Positions 38,899 through 47,017 of a stretch of DNA of 64,000 nt are shown piece after piece. The stretch covers positions 131,814 to 195,813 of the forward strand of contig JAJDCO010000149.1 of the NCBI GenBank assembly GCA_029260795.1. The letters run 5' to 3'. Position numbers and translations under genes: made by a program. The notes under the pieces were generated by a model. The model was given only the letters and a program-made list of their open reading frames with translations. It had not been told where the DNA came from and searched no databases. Origin of the DNA: Planctomycetota bacterium. Its GTDB lineage: Bacteria > Planctomycetota > OFTM77. Every line of letters starts with the position of its first letter. Within the stretch, counting starts at the first letter, position 1.

Positions 38899-40221
38899 AT
38901 GAACGCCACCACTGCCCGCCCCATGAAGCCGCTGACTCACAGCTCTCAGCGTCGCACCCGTCGACTCAAACGGCAGGTTGCCCGACGCAACGGCCTGGTC
39001 TCCCTGTTCTGGGTGACGACGGGTGGCGCGCTCTTTGTCGGCTCGTTCCTCTTCTTCGCGAGCCGCGATGGAGGAGCCCGCGAGCGAGGGGCGGCGTCGG
39101 TCGAGATCGCCGAGTCGAGCACACCTTCTGCCGAGTCCTCGAAAGCCCCGGGCTCGGACGTGGGCGCGACGAGACAGCGCTCCGAGGCTCCGCTGAAGAC
39201 TAGCTCGACTGCATTGGAGGCGAGCGATCGAGCCGAGGCTGCTCCCGGAGGCGAGTCGGCCAAGGGGCAGGGGGCCGAGCTCGAGAGCGCGGCGAGCCGC
39301 TTCGAGGCGTTTACGATCGAGCGTCGAACCCGATGGGAGCAGGACGCGAGCCTCACGGGTTCGGAGATCCTCGAGTCGAGCCCCTTCTTGATGGCGATTC
39401 CGGCGGGAGACGCCGCCGCGAGAGAGCGGTCGCTAGCCGACGCGAAGACCTTCGCCGCACAGCTCGCTCGGCTGGAGAGCTCGTTGACGACTCCCCTCGA
39501 GCTGAAGCGGCGCGAGGGCTTCGGCGGCTTTGCGGTCTGCCGCTTTCCAAACCTGCGATCGTTCGAGCGGTACTTCATCGCCCGAGGAGCGGAGGTCCCA
39601 TTCGAGGGCACGATCGCTCACTACGAGCTCAAGAGCCGAGCGCTCGTCATCTGCGAGGATCCGCGCCTCGAGGGCTTTTCCGCTGAGTACCGACGCCACG
39701 AGCTGCGACGCGAGTCGGCGCGGATGCTCCTGGACGCCTTCGCGCCCAGTGGGATCGCACGAATGGGCGCCTTCTGGTTCGAGCGCGGCCTCAGCGAGTA
39801 TTTGGCGGCTGCCGACAGAGCCGAGGACCAGAGCCGCCTCGAGAAGCGTTTCCAGGCCGCGGTCGTCGACGACCAGCTTCCGCTTCCCATGGCGAAGCTG
39901 TTGAGTCTCGAGCGTGAAGGTCAGCTCTATCACATCTTCAAGGATCTCTTCGAGGCGCAGCAGATTCGCGCCGAGCTCGAGCGACCGATGACTGATCTGC
40001 ATCACTGGTACGACGCGGCCACCGCTCAACTGGTCCAGCACCTGATCGAAGCGGGAGCCTTCTCGGAGCCGACGCGCCGTCGCGCGCTGCGTCAGCTCTT
40101 CTCGGCTCGGTACGACAGCGTGAGCTGGCTTCAGGCCATGGGCTACGAAAGCTCCAGCACCCTCGAGGCCGAGTGGACGGCCCACGGGCTCGCCGGCGCA
40201 CACTTCGCCAACAAGCGCTGA
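38899..40221 (+). CDS. Membrane-anchored DUF1570/zincin-like protein with degenerate metal site
   Basis: TM near N-terminus; F...F..Y, AHY, LRRESARML and FWFERGLSEYL align by eye with L-x-HE-x-x-HQL and W-x-x-EGLAEY. Confidence 0.55.
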   Translation: MNATTARPMKPLTHSSQRRTRRLKRQVARRNGLVSLFWVTTGGALFVGSFLFFASRDGGARERGAASVEIAESSTPSAESSKAPGSDVGATRQRSEAPLKTSSTALEASDRAEAAPGGESAKGQGAELESAASRFEAFTIERRTRWEQDASLTGSEILESSPFLMAIPAGDAAARERSLADAKTFAAQLARLESSLTTPLELKRREGFGGFAVCRFPNLRSFERYFIARGAEVPFEGTIAHYELKSRALVICEDPRLEGFSAEYRRHELRRESARMLLDAFAPSGIARMGAFWFERGLSEYLAAADRAEDQSRLEKRFQAAVVDDQLPLPMAKLLSLEREGQLYHIFKDLFEAQQIRAELERPMTDLHHWYDAATAQLVQHLIEAGAFSEPTRRRALRQLFSARYDSVSWLQAMGYESSSTLEAEWTAHGLAGAHFANKR

Positions 40222-40258
40222 CCTCCGAGATTCGCAGGCATGAGTTGCCCCTGGGAAG

Positions 40259-40296
40259 GCCCGGCCGGACAGAGGTCCGGTCGGGCTGCTTCTTTT
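40259..40296 (+). terminator. Rho-independent terminator
   Basis: GCCCGGCCGGAC-AGAG-GTCCGGTCGGGC followed by TGCTTCTTTT. Confidence 0.7.
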
Positions 40297-40622
40297 GAGG
40301 CAGCGGGCTGAAGCAACGGAAAATCTTGGTTCGACTCGGCAACGGATGGCGCTCAACCAAGTGACGCCGATGAGGGCGGGCCGCGAAGCGGACTTCCTCC
40401 TCCTTCCGCCGCGAGCGCGGCCAGGCCCGTCGGCGATTCACATAGAGACATCCTCCTCCAACGCACCGAGCCGGCTCTTCACGGGAAGCCGGCTCGGAGT
40501 GTTTCTGGGCCGGGTGTGTCACTCCTACGTCGGTTTTCTCCGTCACGCTTACGGACTCGGCGCGATTTCGCGAATGGGAGATGTCGCTCGATGGGGAGCG
40601 GCGCTTTTTCCAGGAGAGTGCG

Positions 40623-41081
40623 ATGTCCCGCCCAGAACGTCGTCCGTGGATCTCGAGTCGAGTCTTGTTGATCGTCCTCTTGGCGCTCGGGACCTCGTTC
40701 TTCGAACTCGCGGCCGAGAGCCCGCTGGCGAGGTGGACGATCCCGGTCGGGCTCGCACTGGCCGGAGGCCTGAGGGCTCGTCTCGACTGGGCGCGCTGGG
40801 CTGCGGTGGCCGGAAGTGTGCTGAGCATCGAGGTCGAGTGTGTTTCGATGGCCAGCCGATGGCTTGACCCGATCGTGGGATGGGAGAGTGGCATTGCGTG
40901 GACGGTCGCGAGGATGGTGACCTCCGTGGCTCTGTTGAGCCTGCTGGTCTCGAAGGGCACCGGCGAGTGTTTTAAAGAGGCGCGACAGGCTCGGAGACGG
41001 GAGGCACTCGGGCTCCCGCCGCAACGGCGCCCCTGGGAGAGCACGGCCCTGTTGCATTCAACGGTTTCCATCCATCGCTGA
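40623..41081 (+). CDS. Hypothetical small membrane protein
   Basis: AGGAG RBS; about four hydrophobic segments; no recognised family. Confidence 0.45.
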   Translation: MSRPERRPWISSRVLLIVLLALGTSFFELAAESPLARWTIPVGLALAGGLRARLDWARWAAVAGSVLSIEVECVSMASRWLDPIVGWESGIAWTVARMVTSVALLSLLVSKGTGECFKEARQARRREALGLPPQRRPWESTALLHSTVSIHR

Positions 41082-41250
41082 GATCATCGATCGACGGCGA
41101 TCACGGTTCCCTCGCGACCGGGTGTCGGTTGACCTGGTGGGCGGCCACCCTGATCGGACGCCCGAGCGAACACTCGACGATTCGCGACGGTCGGGCGGTA
41201 TGATGCCGACTCGTGGACGAGATGCTGACGGGTCCGCAACCGAGACGAGC

Positions 41251-42447
41251 ATGCGAATCTTCTGCTACACGAAAGAGTTTCCGCCGGAAGAAGGCGGGCT
41301 CGAGACCTACGCCCATCAGGTCGTCGACCATCTGCAGCAGTTCGGGCATGACGTCTTGGTCGCCGTGCGCCACATGGAAGGCGACGAGGAGTTCGACCGA
41401 CACTCGTCGCTGCGAATCGAGCGGTTGAAGCCCTACTTCAAGCCGACGGCCCTCTACCGCGCTTACAGCTACTGGACCGTGCCTCGCCTCATCCAGCGTC
41501 ATCACTCCGACGTCGCGTTTCTGCCGTACTGGTTCCGGTTCAGCTCGGTCGTGCCCTGGTTTGCCCGGTACCGCAAGCTGCCCTACTTCGTGACCTGCCA
41601 CGGGGAAGAGGTCGCCTTCGAGCCGGGTCGCTTGAGCCACACCCGTCGACGCATGATGTCGGGCCTCCGAGGCGCCTTGCGCGTCTACACGAACTCGGCG
41701 CATACTCGCGAGCTCTGCCTCTCCCACGGTCTGGACCCGAGGCGAGTCGAAGTGATGGGAGGCGGCGTCGTGCCGGAAGACTTCGAGGTCGAGGCGAGCC
41801 GCGTCGAGGCGCTTCGGGATCACTTGGGTCTTCGCGGTAAGCGCGTGCTCCTCACCGTCGCGCATCTGCGTACGAAGAAAGGGCACGACTTCGTGATGCA
41901 GGCGATGGCGCAACTCGGGCTCGACGACGTGCACTACGTCTGCGTGGGGCGCGGCGATCACGAGGCGACTCTGCGGGAGCAGGCGGCCCAGCTCGGGCTC
42001 GCCGACCGCGTGCACTTCGCCGGCTTTGTACCGGACGACGAGCTGCCCCTCTACTACCACCTGGCCGATACCTTCGTGCTGACGACGCGCGATACCGATG
42101 GCAGCGGTCGAACCGAAGGGTTGGGGTTGGTGTACCTCGAAGCCAACATCTGTGGGACGCCCGTCCTGGCCGGCGATGTGGGCGGCGTGCGCGAGGCCGT
42201 GGAGGACGGCGTCAACGGGCTGCTCGTCGACAGCTCGAGCATCGACGCGATCGCGAGCGGATTGAAGCGCCTGCTCGAGGATTCGTCCCTCAGGACGACA
42301 CTGGGTGATCAAGGCCGACGTCGAGTGCTCGAGCAAGGATTCACCTGGGAAGCGGTCGCTCGACGCTACGAGCAGAGCATGCTGGCCGCCTTGCAGGAGC
42401 AGTCGGAATCCCGGCCGCGAATGGCATCGACGTCCCAGGGAGGTTGA
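41251..42447 (+). CDS. Glycosyltransferase family 4 (PimB-like)
   Basis: FPPEEGG.E.Y, HGEE, NS.HT, LLTVA.L..KKG, EGLGLVYLEA, GGV.EAVEDG.NG. Confidence 0.92.
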   Translation: MRIFCYTKEFPPEEGGLETYAHQVVDHLQQFGHDVLVAVRHMEGDEEFDRHSSLRIERLKPYFKPTALYRAYSYWTVPRLIQRHHSDVAFLPYWFRFSSVVPWFARYRKLPYFVTCHGEEVAFEPGRLSHTRRRMMSGLRGALRVYTNSAHTRELCLSHGLDPRRVEVMGGGVVPEDFEVEASRVEALRDHLGLRGKRVLLTVAHLRTKKGHDFVMQAMAQLGLDDVHYVCVGRGDHEATLREQAAQLGLADRVHFAGFVPDDELPLYYHLADTFVLTTRDTDGSGRTEGLGLVYLEANICGTPVLAGDVGGVREAVEDGVNGLLVDSSSIDAIASGLKRLLEDSSLRTTLGDQGRRRVLEQGFTWEAVARRYEQSMLAALQEQSESRPRMASTSQGG

Positions 42448-42451
42448 ATCC

Positions 42452-43852
42452 ATGACGAGACTCCTTTGGATCCTGCTCGGACTTCCTCTGGCAGCCGCGT
42501 TTGCGCAAGAGGCTCCGACCGTTCCCGCTCGTCCGAACGTCGTTCTCGTCATGGCCGACGATCTCGGCTGGGGCGACACCGGATACAACGGCCACCCGAT
42601 CCTCGAGACACCCCACCTCGATGCGATGAGTCGTCAGGGCGTGCGGTTCGAGCGCTTCTATTCGGCGTCGGCGGTCTGCAGCCCGACGCGCGGCTCGTGC
42701 CTGACGGGTCGCCATCCCGACCGCTACGGCATCCCGACTGCGAACCGCGGACATCTACGGGCGAGCGAGATTACGCTCGCCGAGATCCTCTCGGAGCGCG
42801 GGTATGCGACGGGACACTTCGGCAAGTGGCACCTCGGCACGATGAGCCCCGATTACTCGGGAAAAGGGGCGAGCCGCAAGCCGGCCGAGAACTACTGCAC
42901 ACCGGGCATGTCGGGCTTCGAGGAGTGGTTCAGCACCGAGTTCGCCGTCGGGACCTGGGATCCCTACGCTCGCGAAAGCTCCCACCTCGGCAAGAATATC
43001 CCCTGGGATCCGCGTGCGCTCTATTGGGAGAACGGTGTCAACATCGAGCAGCCCCTCACGGGATGTGACTCTCGGATCATCATGGATCGTGCGCTCCGAT
43101 TCATTGGGCGAGAGACCACGAAGAACCGACCGTTCCTCGCCGTCGTCTGGTTCCACGCGCCGCACACGCCGGTGATCGGAGGACCCGAGTACAGAAAGCT
43201 CTACTCGGATCGGTCCGAAGATGAGCAGCACTACTTCGCGACCGTCACGGCGCTCGACGCTCAGGTGGGACGCCTTCGGGCGTTCTTGCGGGAGCGAGAG
43301 CTCGCCGACGACACGCTGGTCTGGTTCTGCTCCGACAACGGCCCCGAAGGCAACCCGGGCCCACAGAAGCGGAATCGTGGCTCGGCCGGCTTGCTGCGGG
43401 GGCGAAAGCGTTCGCTGTACGAGGGTGGGATTCGCGTGCCGGGTCTCCTCGAATGGCCGGGTCGCATCCCGAAGCCGCGCAAGCTCTCCACTCCGGCGGT
43501 GACGAGCGACATCTTGCCCACCGTCCTCGCGGCTTTGGGACTCGAGCCTCCTGCCGATCGGCCGCTGGATGGAGTTGACTTGATGCCGATGATCGACGGC
43601 GAGCAGGCCGAGCGGGGCAGCCCGATCGCGTTCCGTTTCGGCAAGCAAGCGGCGCTGATCGGTGATCGCTACAAGCTGATCACGAACGAGTCCCTCGAGC
43701 GTCAGCGGTCCGACAACGGAGCCGAGACGGTCGCAGAGGTCGAGCTCTACGACCTCCATGAAGATCCCTCAGAGACGAAGAACCTGGCGGCCGAGCAGAC
43801 GACTCGAGTCAAAGAAATGCGAGCGAGCCTCGAAGCCTGGCGAGCCGAGTGA
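42452..43852 (+). CDS. Arylsulfatase-like sulfatase (Cys type), secreted
   Basis: RPNVVLVMADDLG, CSPTRGSCLTGR, GKWHLG, SDNGP, RGRKRSLYEGGIRVP, ELYDL..DP.E. Confidence 0.93.
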   Translation: MTRLLWILLGLPLAAAFAQEAPTVPARPNVVLVMADDLGWGDTGYNGHPILETPHLDAMSRQGVRFERFYSASAVCSPTRGSCLTGRHPDRYGIPTANRGHLRASEITLAEILSERGYATGHFGKWHLGTMSPDYSGKGASRKPAENYCTPGMSGFEEWFSTEFAVGTWDPYARESSHLGKNIPWDPRALYWENGVNIEQPLTGCDSRIIMDRALRFIGRETTKNRPFLAVVWFHAPHTPVIGGPEYRKLYSDRSEDEQHYFATVTALDAQVGRLRAFLRERELADDTLVWFCSDNGPEGNPGPQKRNRGSAGLLRGRKRSLYEGGIRVPGLLEWPGRIPKPRKLSTPAVTSDILPTVLAALGLEPPADRPLDGVDLMPMIDGEQAERGSPIAFRFGKQAALIGDRYKLITNESLERQRSDNGAETVAEVELYDLHEDPSETKNLAAEQTTRVKEMRASLEAWRAE

Positions 43853-44235
43853 CGTGGAATGCGTCCGCGAAGAGCGGGCGAGCCGCCTGGCGGGCCGCCC
43901 GCGCTCCCAGGGAAGACGCCCCACGTGGAGTGCGTCCGCGAAGCGGAGCCGCCTGCGTCAATGGGCGAGCCATGTCACGCTCGAGGCGAAGCGGAGCTGA
44001 CGCCCCGAATCGCCGACGAAGAGCTCGCCCGTGAAAACGACATGGAGTGCGTCCGCGAAGCGGAGCCGCCTGCGTCAATGACATGGAGTGCGTCCGCGAA
44101 GCGAAGCCGCCTGCGTCAATGGGCGAGCCATGTCACGCTCGAGGCGAAGCGGAGCTGACGCCCGAAATGAAGATGAAGAGGCCCGCCCGCGAGAATGACG
44201 AGTCTCACGTCCGCGAGGCGAAGCGGAGCGGACGC
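43853..44235 (+). repeat. Intergenic repeat cluster: family B (43872-43922) and tandem family A copies (43927-44005, truncated 44044-44080, 44085-44163)
   Basis: A = GGAGTGCGTCCGCGAAGCGGAGCCGCCTGCGTCAATGGGCGAGCCATGTCACGCTCGAGGCGAAGCGGAGCTGACGCCC; B = GCGGGCCGCCCGCGCTCCCAGGGAAGACGCCC. Confidence 0.9.
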
Positions 44236-44256
44236 TGCCGGCTCCAGCCGGAGCTC

Positions 44257-45771
44257 TCACCTTCGCCAGGCGAGGAAGCGGGCCATCCACCGCGCGACGG
44301 TGGGCGTCAGGCGAGTGCGGTTGAAGGCGTCGCCGGCCTTGCGGATGATCTCGGCCTGAGTCGGATATGGATGAATCACATTCGACAGATCCGAGAGCTT
44401 CAGGCCCTGCTGAATGGCGAGCGTGAGCTCGGAGATCGTCTCTCCGGCGTGGGGTGCGACGAGCGTCGCGGCCACGAGGTGACCCTTTTTCGTCGTGTGC
44501 ACCTTGAGGAATCCGTCGGTGGAACCGTCCAAGATCGCGCGATCGACATCGGCCATCGCGAGGCGAGTCGCGGTCACGTCTCCGCGCGCCTCGAGCTCGG
44601 AAGCGCTCGGGCCGACGTGCGCGACTTCGGGGTCGGTGTAGGTGCACCAGGGAATGGTCAGACTCGAGGCCTTGGCACGTCCGAAGAACAGCGCGTTGCG
44701 GATCACGATGCGAGCCATCGCGTCGGCGGCGTGAGTGAACTGGAAGCGCGAGCAGACATCGCCGGCCGCGAAGACATGCGGGTGAGTCGTACGAAGGCGG
44801 TCGTCGACGGTAATGCCCTTCTTGAGGTCGAACTCGATGCCGACCGCCTCGAGCCCGAGGCCTTCCACGTTCGGGGCACGACCGGCCGCGACGAGTAGCT
44901 CCTCCGCCTCGATCGGCTTCGATACGCCTTCGACGTGGACTCGCCGAGCCTCTCCCACCTGCTCGACGCGAGTGATTCGACACGAGGTGTGCAGCTCGAC
45001 GCCGTCCTTCTCGAGCGCTGCCGCGACGACGGCCGCCGCCTCGGCATCATCCTGACCCATGATCCGCGGGGCCGCTTCGAGCAGGGTCACGGACGAGCCG
45101 AAGCGCGCGAATGCTTGTGCCATCTCGCAGCCGATCGGCCCGCCGCCGATGATGATCAGCCTCGCCGGGAGCTCGGTCAATGAGAACAGCGTCTCGTTCG
45201 TGCGGGCGTCCACGGCGTCGAGGCCCGGGATCGGGGGCGCGCTCGCGCGCGCGCCCGTTGCGATGCAGGCCTTGGAGAATCTCAGCCGCGTATCGCCAAC
45301 GCGTACGACGCGATCGCCCTCGAAGGACGCCGAGCCGAGAAACACGTCGACCCCGCGGTCCTGGAAGCGGCGCGCCGAGTCGTTCTCGCTGATGTCGGCG
45401 CGGAGGCGACGCAGGCGCTCCATGACCGCAGCGAAGTCGGCTGTCGCGGGCCCGGCGCTTCGCAGACCGAACTCCTTGCGCCGCCTCACCTGCGCCAGGA
45501 CGCGCGAGGCTTCGAGCAACGCCTTCGACGGTACACAGCCGACGTTGAGGCAGTCGCCGCCCAGCAAGGCGCGCTCGACCAGCGCGACCTTGGCACCGAG
45601 ACCGGCCGCGCCGGCTGCAGTCACGAGCCCGGCCGTGCCACCACCGATTACGACGAGGTTGTAGCGATCGGCCGGCGTCGGCGCACTCCAATCGGAGGGA
45701 TGGACGTTGGCGGCCAGGCGCTGGTTGTGGGCATCGAGCGGTTCGAGCGCGGGGAGCTCGGGTCGGGGCAC
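44257..45771 (-). CDS. FAD-dependent pyridine nucleotide-disulfide oxidoreductase (MerA/Lpd-like, no C-terminal Cys-Cys)
   Basis: IGGGTAG, GGDCLNVGCVPSK, IIGGGPIGCE, GR.PN, AAGD, HPYPTQAE; ends ..FLAWRR. Confidence 0.9.
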   Translation of the reverse strand: MPRPELPALEPLDAHNQRLAANVHPSDWSAPTPADRYNLVVIGGGTAGLVTAAGAAGLGAKVALVERALLGGDCLNVGCVPSKALLEASRVLAQVRRRKEFGLRSAGPATADFAAVMERLRRLRADISENDSARRFQDRGVDVFLGSASFEGDRVVRVGDTRLRFSKACIATGARASAPPIPGLDAVDARTNETLFSLTELPARLIIIGGGPIGCEMAQAFARFGSSVTLLEAAPRIMGQDDAEAAAVVAAALEKDGVELHTSCRITRVEQVGEARRVHVEGVSKPIEAEELLVAAGRAPNVEGLGLEAVGIEFDLKKGITVDDRLRTTHPHVFAAGDVCSRFQFTHAADAMARIVIRNALFFGRAKASSLTIPWCTYTDPEVAHVGPSASELEARGDVTATRLAMADVDRAILDGSTDGFLKVHTTKKGHLVAATLVAPHAGETISELTLAIQQGLKLSDLSNVIHPYPTQAEIIRKAGDAFNRTRLTPTVARWMARFLAWRR

Positions 45772-45796
45772 AGCGAGTGTTCCTTGGTGAGGGAGG

Positions 45797-46534
45797 TCAG
45801 GAGGGCGAGGGCTCGGACGCGGAATCTCCTTCGCTCTCGACGTCGGTGTGTTCGCGGAGTACGCGCTGAGCGATGCGCGTGACGAGCACGGTGACGATCG
45901 CGGTCGCGGCGAGTCCCACCGCCAGGAGCACCCACTCGCCCGTCGTGCGCTCGGTCGAACTGGCTGCCGCCTCGAGGCCGGCGCGGCCGGCGTGGCCGAG
46001 GTAGACGTACAAGAAAGTGCCCGGGATCATGCCGACCCAGGAAGCGACGACATAGGGCAATGCCCGCACCGCCGTGAGACCGAAGAGGTAGTTGCCGATC
46101 GAGAACGGGATGACGGGCGACAGTCGGAGCAGGGCGATGATCTTCCATCCGCTCTCGCCGATCGCGCGGTCCATGGCTGCGAACTTCGGTGTGCGCTGCG
46201 CGAAGCGTTCGAGGTGCTCCCGGGCGAAGGTGCGTGCGATGGCGTAGGCACAGGCCGCGGCCGTCGTCGAGGCAAGCGAGACGACGACGAACCCGAGGCC
46301 GAGTCCGAAGAGCGCTCCTGCGGCGAGAGTCAGTGCGGATCCCGGCACGAAGAGGACCGCGGCCAGGACATACACGGCCCCGAACACGACCGGACCCCAG
46401 GCTCCGAGCGAGCGGATCCAAGCGTCGAGCGACTCCAGCCACGCATCGAGCGGCAGCAGCCGTGCCGCCACGAACAGGCCGACGAGGACGACCGCCAAGG
46501 CGATGAGGCGCGCGTACTTCTTCCAGCCACTCAT
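45797..46534 (-). CDS. TVP38/TMEM64 (VTT/DedA superfamily) membrane protein
   Basis: FVPGS.LTLAAGALFG, LLRLSPVIPF..NY.FGLT, GMIPGT.LYVYLG. Confidence 0.92.
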   Translation of the reverse strand: MSGWKKYARLIALAVVLVGLFVAARLLPLDAWLESLDAWIRSLGAWGPVVFGAVYVLAAVLFVPGSALTLAAGALFGLGLGFVVVSLASTTAAACAYAIARTFAREHLERFAQRTPKFAAMDRAIGESGWKIIALLRLSPVIPFSIGNYLFGLTAVRALPYVVASWVGMIPGTFLYVYLGHAGRAGLEAAASSTERTTGEWVLLAVGLAATAIVTVLVTRIAQRVLREHTDVESEGDSASEPSPS

Positions 46535-46664
46535 GAAGTCTCGGGGGCTTTCGGTCGAAGGTCCGGAGGATCTCTCGGGTCACGGCGCCAGCTCTCCGTT
46601 TCTCGCAGACCGGAGGGAGGACGGCAAGGACGGAGTGAGTGGAGCAGGGAGGAGTCACTCTTGG

Positions 46665-46890
46665 GGGCGTCTTCCCCGGGGAGCGCGGGCGGCCCGCCCG
46701 CCTGGATGGCCATTTCGGGGGCGTCCTCCCTGGGAGCGCGGGCGGCCCGCCCGCTCTTGTCCGAGTGTCAGCTCGCTTCGCCTCGAGAGTGACGTGGCTC
46801 GCCCGATGACGCAGGCGGCTCCGGTTCGCGGACGCACTCCCGTCTCCTTTTAGGGCGTCCTCCCTGGGAGCGCGGGCGGCCCGCCCGCTC
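46665..46890 (-). repeat. Intergenic repeat cluster, inverted relative to 43.9 kb: family B x3 (46665-46701, 46719-46756, 46853-46890) and family A (46767-46840)
   Basis: Reverse complement gives GAGCGGGCGGGCCGCCCGCGCTCCCAGGGAGGACGCCC and GGAGTGCGTCCGCGAACCGGAGCCGCCTGCGTCATCGGGCGAGCCACGTCACTCTCGAGGCGAAGCGAGCTGAC. Confidence 0.9.
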
Positions 46891-47017
46891 AGCTCGATCG
46901 CCGGATCCCGTGCGACCACGACGTGTCGCCCGATGCGCTCGAACGTTAGTCTGACGTCTCGGGCTGCGCGATCGATCGAGTGGCTCGGTCTCGCCCTCCC
47001 AGCCACGGAGAACCGCC

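Noticed and set aside
40465-40498. Inverted repeat CCGAGCCGGCT...AGCCGGCTCGG
   Set aside because: Single hairpin with no U-tract or second copy, so no function can be supported.
43853-44235. CRISPR array
   Set aside because: Repeat units are ~80 bp, one is truncated, the intervening sequences resemble each other, and there are no cas genes; this fits tandem duplication of a dispersed repeat.
44257-45771. merA mercury resistance
   Set aside because: No C-terminal Cys pair, no NmerA domain and no mer operon genes.
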